Shown here: piece after piece, positions 37,053 to 47,260 of the stretch
Layout of the letters: each line of letters starts with the position of its first letter
Numbering within the stretch: the stretch's first letter is position 1
Assembly (NCBI GenBank): GCA_945893395.1
Contig: CAMDEC010000002.1
Coordinates: forward strand, 5,564-69,563
Direction: 5' to 3'
Length of the DNA stretch: 64,000 nucleotides
Source: Bifidobacterium breve
Lineage (GTDB): Bacteria > Actinomycetota > Acidimicrobiia > Acidimicrobiales > Ilumatobacteraceae
Translations under genes and position numbers: made by a program
Notes under the pieces: generated by a model
The model's database searches: none
Seen by the model: only the letters and a program-made list of their open reading frames with translations
Told to the model about the DNA's origin: nothing

Positions 37053-39311
37053 TCATCTAGATGCCGATGGATGGTCAATGTCATCGCCGTCGACAACATC
37101 TTGGGCGACCCCAGGCAAGGCACGACTGACGTCATAAACTCCGTCGATTCGCTTAATCGTCCGAAGCACCGACTGCAAATGACCCGGGTCAGCGAACTCA
37201 AATTCGAATCGCATTCGCGCAACCCGATCTGCGCCAGTATGCGTCGTGCACGCGACTATGTTCACGTGCTCGTCAGAGAGCGCGTTGGCAACATCGCGCA
37301 ACAAACGCGAACGGTCAAGCGCTTTCACTTCGACAGCGGCGATGAACATCGTCTCTGAACTCTCACGAGACCAGTCGACATCAACAACCCGTGCGGCATC
37401 TTGGGAAACAAGCGCGGCAGCATTGGCACAATCGGTCCGATGCACCATGACGCCACGACCTTTGGTGACAAAACCCATCACTTCATCGTGTGGAACCGGC
37501 GTGCAGCAGCGCGATAGCCGCACGAGCACATCCGGCATTCCTTCTATATGCACACCATTCTTCTGCGGAGATGCAGTGCCCGTTGCGCCGACTGAGGACA
37601 TTGAAAGTTGATCTGGATGAACGCCGTCGCGCATTCGTTTCGACAGTCGTTCGACAATCGCTACGGCGTCAACACGCTGGTCTCCGATCGCGGCAAAAAA
37701 TTCGCTCGCATCGGCGAAGTTCAAAGTGGCAATTTCATCCAACAAGACTTGGGATGAAATAATTTTTTGTGCGGGCAAACCTGCCTGCCGAAGGCGCTCG
37801 ACGAGTTCGTCTCGTCCGTTTTCGACCAGGTCTTCAAGACGCTCACGCGTAAGCCATTGTTTGATCTTGCTTCTAGCCTTGGGTGAAGCTACGAACTCAA
37901 GCCAATCTTGGGATGGCTCATTTGTTTCACCTTGTGAAACTAGAACTTCGCAGGTGTCACCTGAAGCGAGTTTGTAGTCGAGCGGCACCAATCGACCATT
38001 GACCCTTGCGCCCATGCAACTGTGACCAACTTCGGTGTGCACTGCGTAGGCAAAATCAACCGGTGTCGACAAAGCCGGCAAGGTTATTACCCGACCTTTA
38101 GGTGTGAACAAGAACAACTCGTCTTGATCCAAATCAGTTTTGAGAATCTCCAAGAACTGACTCGGGTCAGACACTTCACCTTGCCAATCAATGATCCGAT
38201 TCAACCAGTCAATGTCACCTTGTGCGACCGTGTCCTTATATGCCCAGTGTGATGCCACACCCCACTCGGCACGCTGGTGCATCTCTCGCGTGCGAATCTG
38301 AACTTCAATCGGTTTGCCACCTGGCCCAACGACCGTCGTATGCAGGGATTGATACAAATTGAACTTAGGCATAGCGATGTAATCTTTGAATCTTCCAACA
38401 ATCGGCTTCCAGTGCCCGTGAATTGCGCCGAGCACCGTGTAGCAATCTTTTTCAGACTCAACGACGATACGAATCGCCAGCAGGTCGTAAATATCATCGA
38501 ACTCAAGGCTCTTTTGCACCATCTTTTCGTAGATGCTCCATAGATGCTTGCCGCGAGCGGTCAACTCGGCTTTGATCTTGACTTCTTCGAGCCATCGCTG
38601 CACTTGACCAATCGTCTTTGCCAAATAAACATTGCGTTCGGGCGCGCGCGTGGCGACTAGATGGTCAAGTTCTGCATAACGCTTTGGATACAAAGCAGCG
38701 AACGCCAGATCTTCGAGTTGCTGTTTGATTTCCTGCATTCCAAGGCGATGCGCCAACGGTGCATAAATGTCCAGGGTTTCTTGGGCAACTCTTTGTTGCT
38801 TTTCATGCGAAACCGCGGCGATGGTGCGCATGTTGTGCAACCGATCGGCAAGTTTGATCATCAATACTCGCAAGTCACGTGCCATCGCCACGAGCATCTT
38901 GCGCATCGTCGCGGCCTGCTGCGCTTCTTTTGAGTCAAACTGCAATCTTTCAAGTTTCGTGACGCCATCAACAAGCGCCGAGACTTCACTGCCGAAATTG
39001 CTTTCAACATCGGCGATCGTGATCTCTGTATCTTCTACTGCGTCATGTAGAAGTGCAGCCACTATAGAAACTTCGTCTAGACCAATATCGGCGACTATTC
39101 GTGCGACAGCAATCGGATGATTGATGTAAAGTTCGCCACTGGATCGATTTTGATTTGCGTGCGCCGAACGCGCCATTTCGTAAGCCGCATTGATCAGCGA
39201 CACCGACCCTTTCGGATGACGCGACTTGTAGGCGCTCAACAGCGGCGATAGCTCTTCGGCAATCGTTGCACTTTGGCGCCGCCACGGCAGCACCCTTGAT
39301 GAGGTGGCCAC
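37053..39311 (-). CDS. relA: bifunctional (p)ppGpp synthetase/hydrolase (long RSH, Rel)
   Basis: 752 aa. Intact HD hydrolase motif (HPIAVA...LLHDAVEDT), synthetase motifs (YQSLHTTV, EVQIRT, HWAYK), TGS and C-terminal ACT-like regions. Confidence 0.95.
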   Translation of the reverse strand: MATSSRVLPWRRQSATIAEELSPLLSAYKSRHPKGSVSLINAAYEMARSAHANQNRSSGELYINHPIAVARIVADIGLDEVSIVAALLHDAVEDTEITIADVESNFGSEVSALVDGVTKLERLQFDSKEAQQAATMRKMLVAMARDLRVLMIKLADRLHNMRTIAAVSHEKQQRVAQETLDIYAPLAHRLGMQEIKQQLEDLAFAALYPKRYAELDHLVATRAPERNVYLAKTIGQVQRWLEEVKIKAELTARGKHLWSIYEKMVQKSLEFDDIYDLLAIRIVVESEKDCYTVLGAIHGHWKPIVGRFKDYIAMPKFNLYQSLHTTVVGPGGKPIEVQIRTREMHQRAEWGVASHWAYKDTVAQGDIDWLNRIIDWQGEVSDPSQFLEILKTDLDQDELFLFTPKGRVITLPALSTPVDFAYAVHTEVGHSCMGARVNGRLVPLDYKLASGDTCEVLVSQGETNEPSQDWLEFVASPKARSKIKQWLTRERLEDLVENGRDELVERLRQAGLPAQKIISSQVLLDEIATLNFADASEFFAAIGDQRVDAVAIVERLSKRMRDGVHPDQLSMSSVGATGTASPQKNGVHIEGMPDVLVRLSRCCTPVPHDEVMGFVTKGRGVMVHRTDCANAAALVSQDAARVVDVDWSRESSETMFIAAVEVKALDRSRLLRDVANALSDEHVNIVACTTHTGADRVARMRFEFEFADPGHLQSVLRTIKRIDGVYDVSRALPGVAQDVVDGDDIDHPSASR

Positions 39312-39326
39312 GTTTAAAGCGTAGTG

Positions 39327-40466
39327 CTAACGACGTTTTTTGCGTGGTCGCGGTGGATGCGTGAGCACCGATGTCGCTCGTTGCGCAACTTTGCTAACCG
39401 TGTCTTGGACACTTTGATCCGATTCGTCGCCAGATGTCACAGTCCCCCTCGTCTGTTTTGTGATTGCACTTAGACCCATGAGTTCTACCATTGCTGCACC
39501 GGTCGCGAGTTGCCCCCTGAACGGCTTGTACTTAACTTCGTTGCGCTTGAGCAAATCCAAGAGCGGTACCGCCACAAAAATCGAAGAATATGTGCCGGCG
39601 AGCATGCCGACCAACAGTGCCACCGCGAATTCTTCCAAATTTTTGGCACCAAGCACCATTGAGCCGACTACCAGCAGAGATACAACCGGCAATGCCGACG
39701 AAAGTGTCGTATTGAGAGACCTTGCAAGCACTTCGTTAGTTGAGACATTGGCGACGTTGGCAAACGACTGGCGCGAAGTCGCGAACTTTTGCGAATTTTC
39801 CTGCACCCGGTCAAACACCACAACCGTGTCGTAAAGCGAATAGCCCAAGATCGTCAAAAAGGCGACGACCGTTGCAGGTGTGACTTCGAAACCAAAGAGC
39901 GAGTAGACGCCCACGCTAAGCAGCACGTCATGGACCATTGCAACCAGAGCGGTGATCGCCATCTTCCATTCGAGTCGCCATGAAATATAGAGAGATACGA
40001 TGACGAAAAACACGAGCAAAGCACGAATTGCCTTTTCGGTGATGCTGCGTCCCCAAGAAGAACTAACTGAGGCCACGCTCACCTCTTGAACCTCGACTTT
40101 TGCCAGTTCAGCGAACGACTTCTGTGTAGCCAATCGAATATCTTCGGGTTGATCACCAACCTGCACTCGCATCACCCGTGATTCGCTACTCGTCAAAAAC
40201 TGAATTTTTGCATTTGATGTCTCGATGTTGTTGGCCTCAAGAACTTCACGGGCGTCTTGATCGGTAATTGACCCAGCTGGTAGTTCCCAAGCCACCCCAC
40301 CTCGAAAGTCGATGCCAAGTTCAAGCCCCTGAACCAACAGTGAAAGCGCACCTGCCAACACAATCACCAGCGAGACCGTGAAGCCAATCACTCGTTTGCC
40401 GATGAAGTTAAAAGTCGTCTCTCCCCGATAGATACGACCAAACCCTGCCATTAATTTTTTCATCAC
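39327..40466 (-). CDS. secF: protein translocase subunit SecF
   Basis: 379 aa. SecD/SecF RND-like 6-TM core (TILGYSLYDTVVVFDRV). Basic/Ser-rich C-terminal tail. 4-nt overlap with secD. Confidence 0.9.
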   Translation of the reverse strand: MMKKLMAGFGRIYRGETTFNFIGKRVIGFTVSLVIVLAGALSLLVQGLELGIDFRGGVAWELPAGSITDQDAREVLEANNIETSNAKIQFLTSSESRVMRVQVGDQPEDIRLATQKSFAELAKVEVQEVSVASVSSSWGRSITEKAIRALLVFFVIVSLYISWRLEWKMAITALVAMVHDVLLSVGVYSLFGFEVTPATVVAFLTILGYSLYDTVVVFDRVQENSQKFATSRQSFANVANVSTNEVLARSLNTTLSSALPVVSLLVVGSMVLGAKNLEEFAVALLVGMLAGTYSSIFVAVPLLDLLKRNEVKYKPFRGQLATGAAMVELMGLSAITKQTRGTVTSGDESDQSVQDTVSKVAQRATSVLTHPPRPRKKRR

Positions 40467-42040
40467 ATCACCTCAGGCTTGACAGTTTGAATGCCGAGAA
40501 CTTTGCGACCCTGCGCACGCTTTGATCTTGCGAATAGCAGTACGGCGTTACGAGTAAAGAAATAGGTCACGAGAATATCTGTCAAGGCCGAAATACCAAG
40601 GAAGAACGCGAAACCCCGCACCGAGCCAACCGTGAGATACCACAAAACGATCGCCGCAATGAACGAGACAGTATCTGCGGCCACGATGGTGCGCCATGCC
40701 GACTCGAAACTACGCAGTGCCGAATTTTTTAAAGTCTTGCCCAAACGAATTTCGTCTTTAATTCGCTCAAAAAACACGATGTACGAGTCGACTGCGATGC
40801 CGATCGAAACGATGATGCCAGCAATGCCCGACAGCGAGAGCGCCAGTCCGTTGGTGCGCGACAACAAGGAAACCAAACTCCATAAGAAGGCGATCGAGAC
40901 GCTCATGCCCGCCAGAACGAACACCGCCATCCAACGGTAATAAGCCAACAACAGCAGGACTACGAGCAAGATACCAACCAAACCCGAGATCAATGCCGCA
41001 CGCATCGAATCAGCACCCAATGTTGCCGAAACAGTTTGCGCTTGCGAGACACCGAAACGAACAGGCACGGCGCCGAACTCAAGAATCTTTGCCAACTCGC
41101 GTGCTTCTTCGGCTGTGAATGAGCCTGTGATCTGCACCGTTCCACCCGTGAACTCTGGTTCATTAACTGTTGGCGCAGAAATTACTACACCATCCAGAAC
41201 CATTGCCAACTGCCCCGTCGGACACTCGGCGGTTCTGTTGAAGCAAGCTGCGGCGAGTTTGTTCCATAGTTGATCGCCGTCTGGGCCGCTTCGCAAACCA
41301 ACGACCACCGCCCACTGTCCTGTTTCGACATCGGCTCGTGCGTCATTTTTGAAAACTTTTCCGGACGCGCCGGCTGGACCGACAACATAGGCAACGCCTT
41401 GTTTATCGAGCAGCAAAACGGTTTGCGTTGGATCATTCGGATCTTCGCCAAGTCCGAGAGTTGGTGTGGCATCTTGTGTCGTATCAGTCGAAACTGCAAC
41501 CGACGTGTCGGTCGTCGCAACTTGAGTTGAACTGGTCGCCGGATCAGGCACAGTCGTTGCCGAAGAGATAATTTTCGAAGCACCTGGGCCACCCGAGACC
41601 ATGCCCGCACCATCTTCGACAGAATCAGAAGTTTGCTCAGGCACAGTCGTCGAATTCGTCGGCACCGTCGTATCAGGATTTTCATTGAGGATGCCCGTTT
41701 GCAACACTGGCCGCAACAAAAGCTCGCCAGTGCGACCGATAATGTCGAGCGCCTGCTGCTGGTCTTTTACGCCAGGCAAGTTGACGATGACCGTACTGCC
41801 TTGCAAGATTATTTCTGGCTCGGCCACACCAATTGAGTCGACTCGCGCGCGAATAATTTCTACCGCAACATCCAAACCAGCCTGGTCGAATTCGCCATCT
41901 GGTTGCAAGGTAACCGATGCCCCACCTTGGAGGTCAAGCCCCAGAGCCGGGGTGTTGCCGGCAACCAAATTTGCGATCAAACCAGACGCGACGACCACTA
42001 TTAATAGCGTCAAAGAAATGATCTGGCGACGTCTATTCAT
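40463..42040 (-). CDS. secD: protein translocase subunit SecD
   Basis: 525 aa. GLDLQGG N-terminal motif, periplasmic P1 domain with a Thr/Ser/Pro-rich insert, C-terminal TM bundle (GIAVDSYIVFFERIKDE). Confidence 0.9.
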   Translation of the reverse strand: MNRRRQIISLTLLIVVVASGLIANLVAGNTPALGLDLQGGASVTLQPDGEFDQAGLDVAVEIIRARVDSIGVAEPEIILQGSTVIVNLPGVKDQQQALDIIGRTGELLLRPVLQTGILNENPDTTVPTNSTTVPEQTSDSVEDGAGMVSGGPGASKIISSATTVPDPATSSTQVATTDTSVAVSTDTTQDATPTLGLGEDPNDPTQTVLLLDKQGVAYVVGPAGASGKVFKNDARADVETGQWAVVVGLRSGPDGDQLWNKLAAACFNRTAECPTGQLAMVLDGVVISAPTVNEPEFTGGTVQITGSFTAEEARELAKILEFGAVPVRFGVSQAQTVSATLGADSMRAALISGLVGILLVVLLLLAYYRWMAVFVLAGMSVSIAFLWSLVSLLSRTNGLALSLSGIAGIIVSIGIAVDSYIVFFERIKDEIRLGKTLKNSALRSFESAWRTIVAADTVSFIAAIVLWYLTVGSVRGFAFFLGISALTDILVTYFFTRNAVLLFARSKRAQGRKVLGIQTVKPEVM

Positions 42041-42080
42041 CTACGGTCAAACAATCTTTATTCGGATGACTTCCGCAAAA

Positions 42081-42443
42081 TTACTGTTCAGGCTTTTGCG
42101 GGGCTGAGATTTTTCTTGCAACCGAACCTTTGGACACACGAATTTCAACTTTTTCGGCAATTTCGAGCCAAAAGAAATCGTCTTCGATTAGAGAGATCCA
42201 ACCATAAACACCCGAGTTGAGCACGACCTCGTCACCCTCACTGATGCTGTTTTGCAGGTTTGCAGTTTCTTTTTGACGCTTGCGTTGCGGTCGCAACAAC
42301 AAAAAATACATTGCTGCAAAAATCAATACCAGTGGCAGAAAACTCAAGATCGGATTCGAGGCGGATTTTTCAGCCGTGGCGCTAACAAGGCTTGAAAAAG
42401 TGGTCGAAAACAACGAATTGATAGTTAAAGACATAGCAGGCAA
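42081..42443 (-). CDS. yajC: preprotein translocase subunit YajC
   Basis: 120 aa. LVLIFAAMYFLLLRPQRKRQKE...GDEVVLNSGVYG pattern. Upstream of secDF. Confidence 0.85.
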   Translation of the reverse strand: MPAMSLTINSLFSTTFSSLVSATAEKSASNPILSFLPLVLIFAAMYFLLLRPQRKRQKETANLQNSISEGDEVVLNSGVYGWISLIEDDFFWLEIAEKVEIRVSKGSVARKISAPQKPEQ

Positions 42444-42452
42444 GTCTAGGGG

Positions 42453-43571
42453 TTACAACTTCTCGTCAGCAGAGTCTGCCCAGACAGCCAATAAAGACTT
42501 TCGCAGACTGGCGAACTCACCTTTGGCGATCGCATCGCGCATCTGTTGCATCAGGTTCAAAGTAAATGCGATGTTATGTATCGAAACGAGCCGCGCCGCG
42601 GTGGGTTCATTGACCTGGAAAAGATGCCGAATGTAGCCCCTCGTATGCCGTTGACATACGGAGCAATTGCACCGTGCATCAATCGGGTCTTGACTGGTCG
42701 AAAACTCTGCGCGCGTAATGTTCAGTTTTCCACTCGAAGTAAGCGCGGTTCCGTGTCTTCCGATACGAGTTTGCATCACGCAGTCAAACTGATCGACACC
42801 CAAATTCACAGCCTCGACCAATGACGCCGGGTCGCCAACACCCATTAAATATCGCGGACGGTCGTGTGGTAGATGCTCAATCGCCGCTGTCAATGCAACC
42901 AACATTTCTTCGCGAGTCTCGCCTACCGAAAGTCCGCCAATCCCGTAGCCGTCAAAATCTAAATCAGCGGTGATCTTGGCACTCTCTCGGCGAAGATCAG
43001 GGTCGATTCCACCCTGCACGATGCCGAACAAACTTTGGTCGTCACGAGTATGCGTTGCCTTTGCACGCTTGGCCCAACTTGATGTTCGTCTCAGCGCCAG
43101 TTTGATTACATCATCGGTCGAAGGCAATGCCGCACAAACATCCAACACCATCTGAATATCTGCACCGATTAGTTGTTGAGTCTTGACTGCCGACTCCGGC
43201 GTGAATCGATGCAACGAACCGTCATAGGTCGAGCGAAATGAAACACCGTCATCGTCAACATCTGGATTCAACGAAAAAACTTGAAACCCACCAGAATCCG
43301 TAAGAGTCAAACCCTTCCATCCCGAAAATGCGCCGAGTCCCCCTAGGTCAGCAACGACTTGCGCACCGGGTCGCAACATCAAGTGATATGTATTACCCAA
43401 CACAATTCGTGCACCCAGTTGTTCATAGTCTTCGGCGCTCAAATGTCGAATCGCACCCCTGGTGCCGACCGGCATGAAGCATGGAGTCTCGTAGTCTCCA
43501 CGGGTAGTAGTGGCCACACCTGCTCGCGCAGACTGGTCGCGTGCAATTTCGCGAAATTTAACGGCAAACAT
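42453..43571 (-). CDS. tgt: tRNA-guanine transglycosylase (queuine tRNA-ribosyltransferase)
   Basis: 372 aa. TPCFMPVGT, LTDSGGFQVFS, FDCVMQTR, zinc site CNCSVCQ...H. Confidence 0.95.
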   Translation of the reverse strand: MFAVKFREIARDQSARAGVATTTRGDYETPCFMPVGTRGAIRHLSAEDYEQLGARIVLGNTYHLMLRPGAQVVADLGGLGAFSGWKGLTLTDSGGFQVFSLNPDVDDDGVSFRSTYDGSLHRFTPESAVKTQQLIGADIQMVLDVCAALPSTDDVIKLALRRTSSWAKRAKATHTRDDQSLFGIVQGGIDPDLRRESAKITADLDFDGYGIGGLSVGETREEMLVALTAAIEHLPHDRPRYLMGVGDPASLVEAVNLGVDQFDCVMQTRIGRHGTALTSSGKLNITRAEFSTSQDPIDARCNCSVCQRHTRGYIRHLFQVNEPTAARLVSIHNIAFTLNLMQQMRDAIAKGEFASLRKSLLAVWADSADEKL

Positions 43572-43615
43572 TTAATTACACCGTACCGAGATCTTGGTTA
43601 CAAATCCGGCGTGCC

Positions 43616-44632
43616 CTACAGATGACGATCTAAAAGCATCGCGTCACCAAATGAGAGCATCCGATAACGCTCGGCGATCGCCGTGGCGTAGATCTCTCGC
43701 CACCGTGGGCCGACGAACGCTTCGATCATCATCAACAGCGTGGTTCGTGGCATGTGAAAATTCGTCAACAACATATCTACGACTTTAAATTCATAGCCGC
43801 GCGAAATGAACATCTTTGTCCGACCCGTCAACAAGCCACTGGTTGCCGCCGACTCGAGAGCGCGAGTGGCTGTCGTGCCGACAGCAATGACACGGTTTGC
43901 GTTCTTGCACTCGTCGAGCGTGTCTTGACTCACTCGGTAATGCTCGCTGTGCATCGGGTGATCTAGCGGGTTCGCAGCTGTGACTGGTGCGAAAGTATCT
44001 AAACCCACGGTCAATTCGACGCGCAACACTTTGACGCCAAGTTGTCCTAACTCATCAAGAAGCTTTGGCGTGAAATGCAAACCTGCCGTCGGAGCGGCCG
44101 CTGAAGATGGTCTATTGGCATAAACCGTTTGGTAGCGATCTGGCTGCTCGAGACGCTCGGTTATATATGGGGGCAGTGGCATCTCGCCGTATCGCAACAG
44201 TAATTCTTCAATTTCAGATTGCGTTTGACCTGAGAGTTCTACCTCAAATGTGTCGCCCGCGTCAGTGCGCGCGCCAATGCGCACGATTTCAGAATTGTCG
44301 TTGGCGAAAAGTGTCTCGCCGAGTTTTAGCCGCTTGGCAGGTCGAACCAGCGCCTCCCATAAACACGGCGCAGTCTTGTTTTGCTCGAGCAACAATACTT
44401 CTGCCGAACCACCCGACTTTCGCCTCAGCCGCAAACGTGCAGGCATCACTTTTGTATCGTTGACGACGATCACGTCGCCAGGCCGACAAAATTCGTGCAG
44501 ATTTTTTATTTGCCGATGCAACGTGCCATTTGCACCTTGATCGACCAATAGTCGCGCTGAATCCCTCGGTTCAATGGGTGTTTGCGCGATTAGTTCGCTT
44601 GGTAAGTGGTAATCAAAGTCTTCGATGCGCAC
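43616..44632 (-). CDS. queA: S-adenosylmethionine:tRNA ribosyltransferase-isomerase
   Basis: 338 aa. FDYHLPSELIAQ, MPLPPYI, APTAGLHFT, AVGTTATRALES. Confidence 0.95.
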   Translation of the reverse strand: MRIEDFDYHLPSELIAQTPIEPRDSARLLVDQGANGTLHRQIKNLHEFCRPGDVIVVNDTKVMPARLRLRRKSGGSAEVLLLEQNKTAPCLWEALVRPAKRLKLGETLFANDNSEIVRIGARTDAGDTFEVELSGQTQSEIEELLLRYGEMPLPPYITERLEQPDRYQTVYANRPSSAAAPTAGLHFTPKLLDELGQLGVKVLRVELTVGLDTFAPVTAANPLDHPMHSEHYRVSQDTLDECKNANRVIAVGTTATRALESAATSGLLTGRTKMFISRGYEFKVVDMLLTNFHMPRTTLLMMIEAFVGPRWREIYATAIAERYRMLSFGDAMLLDRHL

Positions 44633-44644
44633 GAGACACTGATC

Positions 44645-45664
44645 TTAAAATAATTCAGGAGCCGTTTCGGGCGGCGTTTGCCCGAGATGCTGCCATGCCA
44701 ATGGCATCGCCACCCTGCCGCGCGGCGTGCGCACCAACAAACCCTGCTGAATCAAAAACGGCTCGTAAACGTCTTCGATCGTCTCGGTCTGCTCGCTGAC
44801 AGAAATGGCCAACGTCGAGAGCCCGACTGGCCCCCCGGCAAATTGGCGACACAGGGCAGACAAGATCGCTCGGTCAACTTTGTCTAAACCTAATTCGTCA
44901 ACACCGAAAACTTCGAGTGCTCGGCGTGCGCTGGCTTGCGTGACCTGACCATCACCACGAACCTCGGCGTGATCGCGAACTCGACGCAATAACCGGTTGG
45001 CAATTCTTGGGGTGCCGCGTGAACGTCCGGCGATTTCATGTGAACCACCCTTGTCGATTGGCACTTTCAATATTCGAGCCGTCCGCAAAACGATTTTTTC
45101 GAGTTCATCCACTTCATAAAAGTCGAGTCTGGCAACGAGTCCGAATCGATCTCGTAGCGGGCCGGTGATCATGCCCGTGCGAGTGGTTGCCCCAATCAGG
45201 GTGAATCTGGGCAACGTCAAACGAATCGAAGACGCCGATGGGCCCTTGCCGACGACGATGTCAATTTGAAAGTCTTCCATCGCCGGATACAAAATTTCTT
45301 CGACCTGCCTGGACAGGCGATGAATCTCGTCGATGAACAGCACATCGTTGGTGTCTAGTTTGGTCAAAATCGCCGCCAAATCACCTGCGCGTTCGAGGGC
45401 GGGACCTGACGTAATGTGAATTTTTGCCGACATCTCGCTGGCCACAATGCCGGCCATCGTCGTTTTGCCCAAGCCGGGTGGACCAGCCAACAAAATGTGA
45501 TCTGCCGATTGCTCTCGCTTGCGTGCGGCTTCTAAAACTATGCCGAGATGCTCTTTCAATTCGCGTTGTCCGACAAAATCAGCGAGCGACTTAGGACGCA
45601 AACCAATATCGTCGAGATCCGTGGGGTCTGTAGTAATCGCAGGGTCAGTAAATTCTTCACGCAC
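44645..45664 (-). CDS. ruvB: Holliday junction branch migration ATPase RuvB
   Basis: 339 aa. [25 protein letters not shown]. Confidence 0.97.
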   Translation of the reverse strand: MREEFTDPAITTDPTDLDDIGLRPKSLADFVGQRELKEHLGIVLEAARKREQSADHILLAGPPGLGKTTMAGIVASEMSAKIHITSGPALERAGDLAAILTKLDTNDVLFIDEIHRLSRQVEEILYPAMEDFQIDIVVGKGPSASSIRLTLPRFTLIGATTRTGMITGPLRDRFGLVARLDFYEVDELEKIVLRTARILKVPIDKGGSHEIAGRSRGTPRIANRLLRRVRDHAEVRGDGQVTQASARRALEVFGVDELGLDKVDRAILSALCRQFAGGPVGLSTLAISVSEQTETIEDVYEPFLIQQGLLVRTPRGRVAMPLAWQHLGQTPPETAPELF

Positions 45665-46244
45665 GGCGTACCCCCAACAGATTGAGCGCTTCGCGCAACA
45701 TTACTTCTGGATCATTGCTCACGCTCAACTCTCTTAGTGCATCACGAATCTCTTCGGCCGAATAACCCAAGCCCGCAAGTGCGTCACGTACGTCACCAAC
45801 ACTTGACGAACCACCCAGATTGTTCGACGATTCGAGAATGTTCAGATTCAATCGATTCTTCAATTCGATCAACAGTCGCTCTGCAGTTTTTTTGCCGACA
45901 CCCGAGACGAGCGTCAAAGCTGCAATGTCAGAACCGGCGACGATGTCAACCAGCGCACGGGGTGAATGTGTAGCCAAGACCGCCATCGCCATAGTTGGCC
46001 CAACCCCGTGGGTTGCAATGAGAACCTCAAAGCATCTTCTTTCGTCACGGTCCAAAAAACCATAAAGAGTTTGCGCATCTTCACGAACATGGTGATGCAC
46101 ATAAACAAACGCTTTGGATGTTGGTTCAAGTTCACCCAGCGCGCGCGGAGTGACATGCACTAGATAGCCAAGACCACTCACTTCGATCAGAACGGTGGAG
46201 TCACTTGTGCGCTCGAGCACCACCCCGCGCAATGATCCGATCAT
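45657..46244 (-). CDS. ruvA: Holliday junction DNA-binding protein RuvA
   Basis: 195 aa. [10 protein letters not shown]-terminus, HhH motifs ([25 protein letters not shown]). Confidence 0.92.
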   Translation of the reverse strand: MIGSLRGVVLERTSDSTVLIEVSGLGYLVHVTPRALGELEPTSKAFVYVHHHVREDAQTLYGFLDRDERRCFEVLIATHGVGPTMAMAVLATHSPRALVDIVAGSDIAALTLVSGVGKKTAERLLIELKNRLNLNILESSNNLGGSSSVGDVRDALAGLGYSAEEIRDALRELSVSNDPEVMLREALNLLGVRRA

Positions 46245-46771
46245 TTTTTGCCGCCAATGGACTGGGCGATCTTCGCCGCCAATGGACTAGAAGCAATATG
46301 ACACAACGCAATCGCCGCAGCGTCGGCGGCATCTGCAGGTTTGGGAATTGAATTCAACTTAAGGCGTTGCTTAACCATCTTTTGTACTTGAGCTTTATCG
46401 GCGTCACCCCACCCGGTTATCGCAAGTTTGACTTGATTCGGCGAATATTGCGCGACTTCGAGACCACGACGGGCTGCGGCACTCAACACAAGACCGCTGA
46501 CTTGTCCGACGCTCATCGCCGTGCGCACATTGGCTTGAAAAAATATTCGCTCAACCGCGACCACGGATGGTTGATACTCGTCGAGCAATGCGTCAATTTC
46601 GGTTGCTATCTCGGCCAGACGATTTGGCAGATCTTTCTCGGAGCTGGTACGCAGCACCCCTAGAGCAGTCAGCGAAACTTCGGTATTTCCAGACACTCGC
46701 AACACTGCGTAACCACACCTGGTCAAACCGGGGTCAATGCCAAGAACGCTGCTTGGATGCGGGGCGAACAT
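46241..46771 (-). CDS. ruvC: crossover junction endodeoxyribonuclease RuvC
   Basis: 176 aa. VLGIDPGLTRCGYAV, VAVERIFF, ADAADAAAIALCH. Confidence 0.93.
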   Translation of the reverse strand: MFAPHPSSVLGIDPGLTRCGYAVLRVSGNTEVSLTALGVLRTSSEKDLPNRLAEIATEIDALLDEYQPSVVAVERIFFQANVRTAMSVGQVSGLVLSAAARRGLEVAQYSPNQVKLAITGWGDADKAQVQKMVKQRLKLNSIPKPADAADAAAIALCHIASSPLAAKIAQSIGGKK

Positions 46772-46795
46772 ATGTTCATCTTAGTATGTGCCTGT

Positions 46796-47257
46796 CTAGG
46801 CAGTGGCGACTGCCTCGATAAGTTCGCTGACGGGTCGAAAAGTCAAACCCAAAAGGGCCCGATGGGCATATTTAATGACACCATTGGCATCGATCACGAA
46901 AACGCTTCGTCGTGGTAGCCCCAGCAATCCAACTACCGAATAGAGATTGGCCACCGTCTTGTCAGTATCCGAAAGTAACGGAAACCCGAACCCTTGCGCG
47001 GCGCTGAAATCCTCATGGCTGGCCATGTCTTGTGCGGATATCGCCAGGATTTGGGCGTTTACTTTTTTGAACTGTTGTAGCTCTTGGTTATACGAACACA
47101 ATTGCTTGGTGCACACCATGGTCGCGTCGCCCGGATAAAAAACCAAGACGACTGTCTGGCCACGAAATTGTGACAATGAATAGTTCTGGTTGGATGTGCC
47201 AGGCAACGTGAAGTCAGGAGCAACATCCCCAACTTCGAGTGGTCGCGAAGATTCCAT
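46796..47257 (-). CDS. bcp: peroxiredoxin, Bcp/PrxQ type
   Basis: 153 aa. [27 protein letters not shown] (CxxxxC peroxidatic/resolving pair). Confidence 0.85.
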   Translation of the reverse strand: MESSRPLEVGDVAPDFTLPGTSNQNYSLSQFRGQTVVLVFYPGDATMVCTKQLCSYNQELQQFKKVNAQILAISAQDMASHEDFSAAQGFGFPLLSDTDKTVANLYSVVGLLGLPRRSVFVIDANGVIKYAHRALLGLTFRPVSELIEAVATA

Positions 47258-47260
47258 GAG

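Noticed and set aside
41185-41685. 166-aa minus-strand ORF inside secD
   Set aside because: Alternative frame of the Thr/Ser-rich low-complexity insert of SecD. Arg/Leu-rich artefact.
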